A stretch of DNA of 64,000 nucleotides from the NCBI GenBank assembly GCA_020632515.1, contig JACKFK010000005.1, forward strand, positions 157,327 through 221,326. Direction: 5' to 3'. Origin of the DNA: Candidatus Omnitrophota bacterium. GTDB taxonomy: Bacteria; Omnitrophota; Gorgyraeia; Zapsychrales; Zapsychraceae. The stretch's first letter is position 1, and every line of letters starts with the position of its first letter. The notes under the pieces were generated by a model, which worked only from the letters and a program-made list of their open reading frames with translations, was not told where the DNA came from and did no database searches. The translations under genes and the position numbers were made by a program. Shown piece by piece: positions 16,150 to 25,514 of the stretch.

Positions 16150-17478
16150 ATGAAAATAATGGAGAATCCTTTAATGAAAAAAATCATTTCGTTTTGTCTG
16201 GTTTTAACATCATTTATGGTTAGCTTTGGTTTTGTGAGTTGTTCGAGACCTAAAAAAGATCCAAATACCATTACGTTGTGGCATTGGATGACAGATCGAG
16301 ATAAAACTTTTAAGGAACTTGCCGCACAATATAAAGAGCTAACTGGAATCGATGTTCAAATCGAATTGTTTGCTCCTTCTGATTCTTATACCCAAAAAGT
16401 CGTTGCTTCGGCTCAGGCCAAAATACTTCCTGATATATACGGTGTTTTAGATACAAAAGAAACCTTCGCAAATTTTATTAAATATGGATATATTGCTGAT
16501 TTAACTCAGGAATTTAAGAAAAATGATGGGGAATGGGAAAAAGAACTTTTTACAAAAGCTCTTGATGCCAACCGGTTTGAACCAGGTAATGGATATGATG
16601 TTCCCCCCGGAATTTATGGTGTACCTTTAGATGTTACAAATATTCAAATGCTTTATAATAAAAAGTTATTGAAAAAAGCCGGATATGATGCCCCACCGGA
16701 GACTTATGACGAATTTTTGGAAATGGCTAAAGCTTTAAAAAGGATCGGAGTTCCAGGTTTGGTTTCTGGTTGGGGGGAACTGTGGCTGGCAGATTGCTTT
16801 GCTTCTAATTATGCATTTAATATTATGGGAGAAGAGAAGGTTATGGCCACATATCGGGGAGAAGTTCCTTATACCGATAAAGATTGGGTTAGGGTTTTTC
16901 AGATTTTTAAGGACTTAGTTGACGGAGATGTACTTGTTAAAGGTGTTGTCACTAAACCAAATAAAGAAGCTGAGCAAGATTTTGCCTTAGAACGAGCAGC
17001 CTTTGCTTTTAATGGTTCTTGGAGTGTAAATGTTTATAAAGAAATTAATCCTGATTTAGAATATGGTGTTATTCTTCCTCCGGCTATCAGTAATAAATAT
17101 CCGATGCGGATTTGGGGGGGCGCCGGATCGAATTTTGTGATAAGCAATACTTCTCCTAATAAAGAGAAGGCTATTGCGTTTGTTCGATGGCTAACATCAC
17201 AAAAACAACAGGCCTATTTGGCGGAACAAACCAGAAATTTACCATCGAATAAAAAGGCGCTTTCTTCAATATCAAAAGTTTTAGAAGAGTTTGCTCAGTC
17301 CATGGATAATACAACGCATCCAACGATTTGGCCAGTTAATGAAAGTCCGGTTGTTACAGAAAAATATACTAAAGGCTTGCAGTCGATTATTATCGGCAAG
17401 AAATCTCCTGAAGAAGTTGCTAAAGAAATCCAAGAAGTTAAAGAAAAAGAGATGGAAAAAGAGCAGCGCCGTAAATAA
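16150..17478 (+). CDS. Sugar ABC transporter substrate-binding lipoprotein (CUT1-type)
   Basis: 442 aa. Signal peptide with lipobox 'GFVSCS'. The protein is W/Y-rich and similar in size to solute-binding protein family 1. An alternative start at 16174 (MKKIISF) is likely. Confidence 0.8.
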   Translation: MKIMENPLMKKIISFCLVLTSFMVSFGFVSCSRPKKDPNTITLWHWMTDRDKTFKELAAQYKELTGIDVQIELFAPSDSYTQKVVASAQAKILPDIYGVLDTKETFANFIKYGYIADLTQEFKKNDGEWEKELFTKALDANRFEPGNGYDVPPGIYGVPLDVTNIQMLYNKKLLKKAGYDAPPETYDEFLEMAKALKRIGVPGLVSGWGELWLADCFASNYAFNIMGEEKVMATYRGEVPYTDKDWVRVFQIFKDLVDGDVLVKGVVTKPNKEAEQDFALERAAFAFNGSWSVNVYKEINPDLEYGVILPPAISNKYPMRIWGGAGSNFVISNTSPNKEKAIAFVRWLTSQKQQAYLAEQTRNLPSNKKALSSISKVLEEFAQSMDNTTHPTIWPVNESPVVTEKYTKGLQSIIIGKKSPEEVAKEIQEVKEKEMEKEQRRK

Positions 17479-17515
17479 TTTTTCTTGCAGAAAAGGAATT
17501 TGATTCGCAATCATC

Positions 17516-18442
17516 ATGTCAACGAACGCCGCAAAAACATTTAACTTTTCAAAATTACGTTATACTTTAGAAAGCTTTGCTTTTATCTTTCCGGCAGTTT
17601 CAATTTTTTCAATTTTTTATATTTTCCCATTTTTTTATATATTTAAACTTTCACTTTATGAGTGGAATGGGTTAAGCCCTTTTATGTCCTTTATTGGCCT
17701 GGAGAATTTTATCGAACTGATGAGGGATAAGATTTGGTGGACATCAATGTGGCACGCTTGTTATATCACATTGATTGCGCTTACATTTCAGAATATGCTA
17801 GCCTTCGGATTAGCATTGGCTTGTGATAGAGAAATTCGTTTAAAGAAATTCTACCGGGTAGTATTTTTTCTTCCACCAGTTTTATCAGAGGTTGTTGTCG
17901 GGTTTATTTGGCGATGGGTTTTAAATGCCGGAGAGCAAAATGGGGAGCCTTATGGATTATTAAATTTCGCGTTAATGAAATCAGGGTTAAATCATTTGAT
18001 CACTGATTGGTTGTCGAATCCAGATACCGCATTGACTTGTATTGCTATTGTACATAGTTGGAAAGGGTTTGGTTGGGGATTTATCATGTTGCTGGCAGGG
18101 TTGCAGACAATTGATAAGCAGCTTTATGAGGCGGCCAAGGTGGATGGCGCCAATAGTTGGGAAACATTTAAAAATGTCACAGTTCCAATGATGATTCCAG
18201 TGATTTTGGTGGTTATGATTTTAACGGTTTTAGGATCTATGCAGGTTTTTGTTTTGATTTTATCTATGGTGGGACAAGGGTTGGAATATGAGGCGGAAGT
18301 ACCTGTTACTCGGATATTGGCGGCGATGACTTCATCAAAGCAATATGGTTATGCTTGTGCAATGGGGGTAACTTTTGGCGCGATTCTGATTTTTATTTCG
18401 TTTTCATTTAAGAAAATATCTGAGCGCATGAAACAGGTTTAA
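17516..18442 (+). CDS. Sugar ABC transporter permease (MalF/UgpA-like)
   Basis: 308 aa, 6 TM. EAA loop 'YEAAKVDGANSWETFKNVTVP'. Confidence 0.85.
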   Translation: MSTNAAKTFNFSKLRYTLESFAFIFPAVSIFSIFYIFPFFYIFKLSLYEWNGLSPFMSFIGLENFIELMRDKIWWTSMWHACYITLIALTFQNMLAFGLALACDREIRLKKFYRVVFFLPPVLSEVVVGFIWRWVLNAGEQNGEPYGLLNFALMKSGLNHLITDWLSNPDTALTCIAIVHSWKGFGWGFIMLLAGLQTIDKQLYEAAKVDGANSWETFKNVTVPMMIPVILVVMILTVLGSMQVFVLILSMVGQGLEYEAEVPVTRILAAMTSSKQYGYACAMGVTFGAILIFISFSFKKISERMKQV

Positions 18443-18469
18443 ATTATTTGAGAAAGGTTTAAGAGAAAA

Positions 18470-19330
18470 ATGGCAAAGGCAAAAATTCCGATAAATCGAT
18501 ATCAAGTTTTTCAGTCCACAAAATATCTGTTTATTCACATATTTCTTATGTCGGTTGCTGCAACGTGCATTTTTCCGTTATTTTGGATGGTACGCTCAGC
18601 GTTGATGACAAAAGAAACGATATTTATCGACAAATCATTGTTTCCCAGCGCGCTGCAATGGGGGAATTTTGTTAAAGCCTGGATCGGCGGAAATTTTGGT
18701 ACATATTTTTTGAATAGCCTTTTTTATACTTTCAGCGTTGTTGTCGGAATTGTCATTATTAGTTCGTTGGCCGCGTACGCGTTTTCCCGGCTTCGTTTTC
18801 CCGGTAAAGATTTCTTCTTTTATATGTTTGTGGCCGCAATGATGATTCCCCTTCCAGGAAGTTTCGTTCCTTTGGTTGTTTTGATGAATAAAATTGGGCT
18901 TGTTAATACGAGATTAGGATATATACTTTGTATGATTAACGTCGGGCTTTCTATGAGTATATTATTGTTGAAAACTTTTTTCGACAAAATGCCATCCGAT
19001 TTAGAAGACGCTGCCCGAATTGACGGCTGTGGGAAGATTCGAATTTGGTGGAATGTCGCGCTTCCATTGGCAAGACCGGCGATTGCGGTTGTTGTTATTT
19101 TTAATTCATTGAATGTATGGAATGAATTTATTTTGGCAAATTTATTATTAACCGACGATTCTTTAATGACTTTGCAGACAGGTTTATTTAAATTTCAAGG
19201 GCCGAATTTAGCAGATTACCCTGTTTTAATGGCAGGATTGACGATAGCGGCCATTCCGATAATTATTATTTATCTTTTTATGCAAAAACATATCATTAAG
19301 GGACTATCTTCAGGAGCTGTTGTTGGATAA
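18470..19330 (+). CDS. Sugar ABC transporter permease (MalG/UgpE-like)
   Basis: 286 aa. EAA loop 'EDAARIDGCGKIRIWWNVALP'. Confidence 0.85.
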   Translation: MAKAKIPINRYQVFQSTKYLFIHIFLMSVAATCIFPLFWMVRSALMTKETIFIDKSLFPSALQWGNFVKAWIGGNFGTYFLNSLFYTFSVVVGIVIISSLAAYAFSRLRFPGKDFFFYMFVAAMMIPLPGSFVPLVVLMNKIGLVNTRLGYILCMINVGLSMSILLLKTFFDKMPSDLEDAARIDGCGKIRIWWNVALPLARPAIAVVVIFNSLNVWNEFILANLLLTDDSLMTLQTGLFKFQGPNLADYPVLMAGLTIAAIPIIIIYLFMQKHIIKGLSSGAVVG

Positions 19331-21774
19331 TGACAAAATATTATCAAACATTTTTTTTATTTGTTGTCAGTAGTTTTATCATATGCGGATTTTTTTGTGA
19401 TAAGGGGTTTACGCAAGAAGATGTGTTAACTAACGCTATTATAGAGAATGATCAAGAGAATGAAGTTGGTTCTTTAGAAAATGAAATAGAAAACGATGCT
19501 GAAGAAATGAATGGCGAAGCTGAGAAAAAGGAATTGGAAACAGAACCCCAAGTAAAGCCTCTTTCATCAAAAGAACTCGTTACTAAGTCATGGGAAGCTT
19601 CCAGTAAAAATGATTTAAAGGGTTTGGAAAGTCTTGTGAATCAATGTTTGGAACGGTTTGGTGATGAAGCGAAGACGTTAGGCGAGAAGCTAAGCGCATT
19701 TCCGGCGCGGGGTGAAGAAACACAATATCAAGCATTAAATGATGTAGCAACATGTTTGTTTATTAAGGCGGAAGCGTTAATGAATACAGGAAATGTTGCA
19801 GAAGCGATTACGCAGTTTCAAACTATTATTGAACAATATCCTTATGCCCAAGCCTGGGATCCGCGAGGGTGGTATTGGTCGGTTGCAGAAAAAAGTCAGG
19901 ATAGTATTGATGTCTTAACAGGAAAGACAGAAGAAGAGTTGCAAAAGAATGAAGAAAAGGTTGTTCGTACAAAGCCTTATTTGCATACAAAAGGAAAAAA
20001 GAGAATCGTTGATTATACAAAGTATGGTGAATTTCAAAATGTTGGTACGGAAAATTATCATTATAAAATTAATGACGCGAAAGCATTAGCTGATGCTGTC
20101 GGGGAAGGTATTTATCCTAACACTGGCGCGATTTATAATAATCCCCGGTATAAAGAAGTTAAGGCGGAAGGTCGGCTGGAAGGCAATCATTGGGATTATG
20201 TCAACAGCGATGACCTTGAGGCTGCGTATTTTAAATGGGTGACGGCACCAGAACCTTGGGGGGTTCGTTTATTTTATATTGGGATTATTTTTGAAAAAGC
20301 TAAAATGTATTATGAGGCGTTGAAAGCATACCATTCATTGGTTGTTCATTATCCGAAAACCGTTGCTTGGACGTATTGGCAAACACCCTGGTATCCGGGT
20401 CAAGCGGCTATTGCAAAGATTCGACATATAATACGATCGCATCCAGAATTGAATTTAGATACAAAATGGATGAGTATTGAGGTTAAGAACGGATATGATA
20501 ATGATGGTGGGAATGATTTGTTTGTTACATACCCTGGAAAAATTATCGAAGTTACATTTTTTGATCGGTTAAGATCAAAGTTTGATTTTAGTGACAAAGT
20601 TGACTTAGGAAAAGTAATTAATAAAAGAGGAAACGGTAAAGTAAGATTGGAACAATATGAAAATAAGCATTGGCAACTTTTGGTTGATAATAAGCCGTTT
20701 GTTATTAAAGGAATTACATACGCTCCAACTAAAATCGGACAAAGTCCGGACAAAGGAACTTTAGCAAATTGGATGGAAGAAGATGTTAATGAAAATGGAC
20801 GAATTGACGGTCCTTATGATTCATGGGTTGATTCAAATAAGAATAATATTCAGGACGCCAATGAGCCTGTTGTCGGAGATTTTCAGTTGATGAAAGAAAT
20901 GGGAGCAAATACGTTAAGAATCTATCATCAGCCTGATAAACCTAATAAAGAATTGCTGCGAAAAATGTATAAAGAGTATGGTTTTTATGTAGTGATGGGA
21001 GATTTTCTTGGAAAGTACGCGATTGGATCTGGAGCTTCTTGGAGTGAAGGGACAGATTATGAAAATCCTGAGCACAAAAAGAATATGTTAGAATCTGTCA
21101 AAAAAATGGTGATGGAGTTTAAGGATGAACCTTATATATTGTTGTGGGTTTTAGGAAATGAAAATAATTATGGGGTAGCGTCTAACGCAGACAAAAAACC
21201 GGAAGCGTATTTTAAATTTGTAGATGAAGTGGCTCAATGGATAAAATCAGTTGATCCTAATCATCCCGTCGCGGTTAATAACGGAGACACATTGTTTCTT
21301 GATATTTTTGCGCAAAACAGTCCTAATGTTGATATATTTACTGCAAATGTTTATCGTGGAGATTACGGATTTGGATCTTTTTGGGAGCAGGTTATGGCCG
21401 CGTCCGGAAAGGCCGCGTTTATTACGGAATATGGGTGTCCAGCTTACGCGCGGCATCTTAGTTTAGATGAAGCTGAAGATGCTCAAGCGGATTATCATCG
21501 CGGAAATTGGTTGGATATTGAAGAAAATGTGGCGGGTAATTCACGAGGTGTTGGTAATGCATTAGGCGGAATTGTTTTTGAATGGTTAGATGAGTGGTGG
21601 AAAAATTATGAACCATATTTGCATGATCGCAAATCAGATGCGATTGGTCCGTTTCCCGGAGGATATTATTTTGAGGAGTGGTTTGGTGTTGTTGGTCAAG
21701 GAAATGGTCAGAATAGTCCCTTCCTAAGACAGCCGCGTAAAAGTTATTACCTCTATAAAGATCTTTGGAATTAA
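19330..21774 (+). CDS. Exported fusion protein: W-rich TPR-like module plus a clan GH-A-like TIM-barrel glycoside hydrolase domain
   Basis: 814 aa. N-terminal hydrophobic anchor. Module 'YQALNDVATCLFIKAEAL...YPYAQAWDPRGWYWSVAE'. The C-terminal half has 'ANTLRIYHQ', 'WVLGNENNYG' (candidate acid/base NE) and 'AFITEYGCPAY' (candidate nucleophile E). The start overlaps the upstream stop by 1 nt. Confidence 0.55.
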   Translation: MTKYYQTFFLFVVSSFIICGFFCDKGFTQEDVLTNAIIENDQENEVGSLENEIENDAEEMNGEAEKKELETEPQVKPLSSKELVTKSWEASSKNDLKGLESLVNQCLERFGDEAKTLGEKLSAFPARGEETQYQALNDVATCLFIKAEALMNTGNVAEAITQFQTIIEQYPYAQAWDPRGWYWSVAEKSQDSIDVLTGKTEEELQKNEEKVVRTKPYLHTKGKKRIVDYTKYGEFQNVGTENYHYKINDAKALADAVGEGIYPNTGAIYNNPRYKEVKAEGRLEGNHWDYVNSDDLEAAYFKWVTAPEPWGVRLFYIGIIFEKAKMYYEALKAYHSLVVHYPKTVAWTYWQTPWYPGQAAIAKIRHIIRSHPELNLDTKWMSIEVKNGYDNDGGNDLFVTYPGKIIEVTFFDRLRSKFDFSDKVDLGKVINKRGNGKVRLEQYENKHWQLLVDNKPFVIKGITYAPTKIGQSPDKGTLANWMEEDVNENGRIDGPYDSWVDSNKNNIQDANEPVVGDFQLMKEMGANTLRIYHQPDKPNKELLRKMYKEYGFYVVMGDFLGKYAIGSGASWSEGTDYENPEHKKNMLESVKKMVMEFKDEPYILLWVLGNENNYGVASNADKKPEAYFKFVDEVAQWIKSVDPNHPVAVNNGDTLFLDIFAQNSPNVDIFTANVYRGDYGFGSFWEQVMAASGKAAFITEYGCPAYARHLSLDEAEDAQADYHRGNWLDIEENVAGNSRGVGNALGGIVFEWLDEWWKNYEPYLHDRKSDAIGPFPGGYYFEEWFGVVGQGNGQNSPFLRQPRKSYYLYKDLWN

Positions 21775-22076
21775 ACTCGGTAGATCTAATCAAAAGTAAT
21801 AACACATTTAAAAAAATAAGGTGATTAAGGGTTTTAAGGAATTTAACGAATAGATATTATTTTGGGAATAAAAACGAATTTAAAGACGGAATTATTTGGA
21901 AATAGGCGAAAAAACTTTTTTGAGATATAACCTATTTATTATCATATAGTTACGTTTTAGTAAAATTTGTCACCTATGAGGAAATGGTGTATACTTATTA
22001 ATATCTATTCCAATATAAATAAAACACAATTTAAATAATTTAAAAAGAAAAGGTGAAGTAGGAGAAAGGAGAAGCA

Positions 22077-22934
22077 ATGAAGAGGGTAGTTTTAGCATTA
22101 ACAATTTTAATTTCAGGTTTGGGGGTAACGTATCCGTCTGCCGTCGCTGCGTACAATTTTGGAGATTTTCGTTCTGAAACGTTGACGTCGAAGGCATGGC
22201 AATCTTTAGCAGAGGGGGATATTGAAGGTGTTTTAGCGTACACGAACAAATGTTTAGAGTTATATGCTGAACAAGCTAAAGGAATGCAGAAAACTTTGAA
22301 TAATTATCCAGAAGGATCAAATGACGAGGTTTTCGCTTATTGGGCGCTTAATGATGTGGCGACAAGTTTATTTATCCAAGGTGAAGCTTATCGTAAAGCA
22401 AACATGATGGATGAAGCGAAAGAAGCATATCAAAGAGTAGTTAATGAATTTACTTATGGACAAGCTTGGGATACAAAGGGATGGTTTTGGAAACCTGCTG
22501 ATGCGTCTAAAGAAAAATTAGAAATGATTAAAACTGGTTCCAATGTAGATTTCGGAGATTATTCTTCTTCTTTTATGACAACTCAAGCATGGCAAGCTCT
22601 TAACGGAGAAAATGTTGAAGAAGTTTTGCCTTACGTAAATAAAGTTCAAGAGTTATACGCAAAAAAAGCGAAAGAAATGCAAGAATCATTAACGGAATAT
22701 CCTTGGGAATCAAAAGAAAAGATTTTTTCCTATTGGGCGCTTAATGATGTAGGAACTTCATTATTTATCGAAGGTGAAGCCTATAAAAAAGCTGGTAAGA
22801 AAAAAGAAGCCAAAAAGGCGTATAAAACTTTAGTTGATCAATATTATTACGCACAATGCTGGGATCCTAATGGATGGTTTTGGAAACCTGCTGAAGCAGC
22901 ACAACAAGCGTTAGAAGAATTAGAAAGTATGTAA
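22077..22934 (+). CDS. Secreted protein made of two tandem copies of the W-rich TPR-like module
   Basis: 285 aa. Signal peptide ending 'SAVA-AY'. Repeat 1 (aa 27-157) and repeat 2 (aa 158-285) both contain 'YWALNDV.TSLFI.GEAY.KA' and 'Y.Q.WD..GWFWKPA'. Confidence 0.75.
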   Translation: MKRVVLALTILISGLGVTYPSAVAAYNFGDFRSETLTSKAWQSLAEGDIEGVLAYTNKCLELYAEQAKGMQKTLNNYPEGSNDEVFAYWALNDVATSLFIQGEAYRKANMMDEAKEAYQRVVNEFTYGQAWDTKGWFWKPADASKEKLEMIKTGSNVDFGDYSSSFMTTQAWQALNGENVEEVLPYVNKVQELYAKKAKEMQESLTEYPWESKEKIFSYWALNDVGTSLFIEGEAYKKAGKKKEAKKAYKTLVDQYYYAQCWDPNGWFWKPAEAAQQALEELESM

Positions 22935-22947
22935 TTTGTTTTTAAGA

Positions 22948-22996
22948 AATTCCCTGCTCTTTATTTTGAAAATAAAAAGCAGGGAATTCTTTTTTT
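22948..22996 (+). terminator. Rho-independent terminator
   Basis: AATTCCCTGCT (22948-22958) pairs with AGCAGGGAATT (22978-22988), followed by CTTTTTTT. Confidence 0.8.
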
Positions 22997-23059
22997 CCTT
23001 CCCAAATAAATTTATCCAATATATAATGCAAAGAAATCTAAGCAGCTTGGAGGTCAATT

Positions 23060-23719
23060 ATGCTTATCAAAAAATCCTTTCCAATAATCATTTGTATTTT
23101 TTCAGTATTTTTGAGTGGATGTAATAATGTATCTTCAGAAAAAATAGTCGAATCCCCGGATGAAAATGCAACGCAAATAAGTGAAGTGAAAGAAAATCCT
23201 TTTAAGGCATTTTATATTTATAAGGATAAAGGGGGACGGGAAAATCATTTTAATCCCTCTGGTTTTATGGGTAGTGTAGGATGTATTAAATACAATGATC
23301 GTTGGACAGATGGTTGCCAAGACGGTAAGACTTGTATCCGTATAGATTTTGATATTCAATGCGCTCGTGAAGATCAACAATGGGCAGGTATTTATTGGCT
23401 AAACCCGCCCAATAATTGGGGTGATCGTAAAGGCGGATATAATTTAGCTGGCGCTCAGAAATTGACGTTTTGGGCTCGTGGGGAAGTCGGTGGAGAGATG
23501 ATACAGGAATTTACGATTGGCGGAATTAAAGGAGATTATCCAGATACGGATAAAGTTGTCATTGGCCCGGTAATATTAACCGAAGACTGGCGGGAGTATA
23601 CTATTGATTTGCGAGGAAAAGATTTATCTTATATAAGCGGCGGGTTTTCCTGGTCTACTGATGTTGATGTGAATCCGGAAAGTTGCGCGTTTTATCTTGA
23701 TGAAATAAGATTTGAATAA
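23060..23719 (+). CDS. Lipoprotein, possible carbohydrate-binding (CBM-like beta-sandwich) protein
   Basis: 219 aa. Lipobox 'FLSGC'. The aromatic-rich C-terminal region 'WAGIYWLNPPNNWGD...LTFWARGE...WREYTIDL...FYLDEIRFE' resembles CBM-type modules. The function is inferred from locus context. Confidence 0.4.
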   Translation: MLIKKSFPIIICIFSVFLSGCNNVSSEKIVESPDENATQISEVKENPFKAFYIYKDKGGRENHFNPSGFMGSVGCIKYNDRWTDGCQDGKTCIRIDFDIQCAREDQQWAGIYWLNPPNNWGDRKGGYNLAGAQKLTFWARGEVGGEMIQEFTIGGIKGDYPDTDKVVIGPVILTEDWREYTIDLRGKDLSYISGGFSWSTDVDVNPESCAFYLDEIRFE

Positions 23720-23744
23720 CATCCAGCAGAATTATTTTGTTAGG

Positions 23745-23794
23745 AAAAGGCTAAATTCGATTAGAGAAAATGAATTCGGATTTAGCCTTTTTTA
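23745..23794 (+). terminator. Rho-independent terminator
   Basis: AAAAGGCTAAAT (23745-23756) pairs with ATTTAGCCTTTT (23780-23791), and a T-run follows. Confidence 0.65.
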
Positions 23795-24128
23795 TGCACG
23801 ATAAATGCGAGCCAAGACGCAATTATTTGAAAATTTATTGAGAAAAAAAAATGAAATATCCTTGTATTAAAATTAATAGTTTGTTATATTCATAATGTTG
23901 TAAAAGCCCAAGTATTTACGAAAATATTGCTGCCGCTTATTTGTTAATTCATTGCGTTTACACCGTCGGGACCATCTATATATAATTAGTAAATGTAGAA
24001 CATGATATTAATTTTAAAGGTTTTGGTGCGCAATGGATGATTTAGACTTTTTAAAAAACTATAATCTTCATTGTAAATCATTAACAAAAAAATTATTAAG
24101 ACTAAGTAACAAGGCAGCAGGAGTATAA

Positions 24129-25457
24129 ATGTCAAAAGCAGCTAAGCAAATTGCTTTTATTTTAATTTTAGTTATTTTAATTCTATTAGGAGTTACTGGT
24201 TATATATTGACTGAAAAAAAGAAAGCGGATGACGAAAATATAAGACTTAAACAACAATTAACGGAAACTGAAAAAAGAGCGAATGATTATTTTGCGCAGA
24301 ATAAAACTTTAAATGACAAAGTCCGTGGTTATGAAACGGAGAATGAAAGTCTACAAGGCAAAGTTTCGCAGGCGAATGAAGAAGTAACCCGAGTCCGCGA
24401 TGAATTGGCTGAAATTGCAGATGAGAAAGATAAATGGCAGCGACGGGTTGATGAAATTGTTCAAGATCGAGATAAATTGATGAATCGCGTTAAGGAATTG
24501 GTTGAACAATCAGCTGATCAAAAAGAAGAAATTGCTGATCTTGAAAACCAATTAGCTCAGAATAATACAAATTCAACTTCTGTGCAGCCTACTGTGAAAG
24601 CTCCACAAATTATTAGGGATCAATATACGCCTCCTGCTGTTTCAATACCTGCTAACGAAATAACTGATGAAGAATATTGGGCGACGGTTTTACGAGAAAA
24701 AGCCGCGCTGGAAGTTCAGATTGAAGATTTAAAAGAAGAACTTTCAAAGAAATCAATTGAGATCGTTAATCTTAAACAACAAACCGCTGATTTTCAGCTT
24801 GATATTGACAATCTTAGATTGGAAAAAGAAGAGGTAGAGCGGGATATTAAATACAAGACTGATTTGATTAATAATCTTTCCATTGATTTAGCTCGAGCTA
24901 AGAACGATAAAAAATTTGTTACTGAACGAGCTGAAAAAATTAAGAGTGAAAATCTCGAATTACGTAAACAGCTTAAAACGCTTGTTTCTGCTAAAGGTGC
25001 TTTGGAAAAAAATATTGTTCGTCTGACAGAAGAAAAAGAAGATGTTGAACGAAAGCTTGTCGGAACAGAAGGGGTTATTCAAAGTAAGATAGACGAGATT
25101 TGGGATATTAAAGACAGCATTGATGAAACATTTAAAACTAATCGTTATTCTGGATCCAGCAATGAAGTTGAGCTTCCGCCAATTGTGGTGAATTCGGAAG
25201 GGCAGGCGGTTAATTTTAATGATGGGGCTTCTCATCCTGGATTTGATGGACGCATTGTGAACCTTAATGAAGAGAATAATTTTGTTATCGTGGATATTGG
25301 AGAAAATGAGGGAGTAAATTTAGGTGATCGATTAAGTGTTTATCGTGACTCAAAATATGTAGCCCGTCTGGAAGTTATTCAGGTGCGAAAAGATATTTGT
25401 GCGGCGGATATTAAAGATCAGTGGTCAAAAGTTAAAATTGGTGATATTGTTCACTAA
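24129..25457 (+). CDS. Membrane-anchored long coiled-coil protein, unknown function
   Basis: 442 aa. One N-terminal TM helix ('IAFILILVILILLGVTGYIL'), about 300 aa of heptad-like E/K/Q/L-rich sequence, and a beta-rich C-terminal domain of about 80 aa ('GRIVNLNEENNFVIVDIGENEGVNLGDRLSVYR'). Confidence 0.6.
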   Translation: MSKAAKQIAFILILVILILLGVTGYILTEKKKADDENIRLKQQLTETEKRANDYFAQNKTLNDKVRGYETENESLQGKVSQANEEVTRVRDELAEIADEKDKWQRRVDEIVQDRDKLMNRVKELVEQSADQKEEIADLENQLAQNNTNSTSVQPTVKAPQIIRDQYTPPAVSIPANEITDEEYWATVLREKAALEVQIEDLKEELSKKSIEIVNLKQQTADFQLDIDNLRLEKEEVERDIKYKTDLINNLSIDLARAKNDKKFVTERAEKIKSENLELRKQLKTLVSAKGALEKNIVRLTEEKEDVERKLVGTEGVIQSKIDEIWDIKDSIDETFKTNRYSGSSNEVELPPIVVNSEGQAVNFNDGASHPGFDGRIVNLNEENNFVIVDIGENEGVNLGDRLSVYRDSKYVARLEVIQVRKDICAADIKDQWSKVKIGDIVH

Positions 25458-25514
25458 ATCCCGCCTTCAATTCTGCATGTTAAATTAGAACGTGAATGAT
25501 CGGTATAAATAACC

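Noticed and set aside
21838-21904. Imperfect direct repeat (GAATTTAACGAATAGATATTATTTTGGGAATA and GAATTTAAAGACGGAATTATTTGGAAATA) upstream of 22077.
   Set aside because: The similarity is patchy and made of A/T-rich words that recur by chance at this base composition. I cannot distinguish it from background without statistics.
24033-24128. 31-codon ORF (MDDLDFLKNYNLHCKSLTKKLLRLSNKAAGV) ending at the start of the coiled-coil gene.
   Set aside because: It has no RBS and no recognisable motif. Its 3' end is simply the RBS region of the next gene. The evidence is insufficient.
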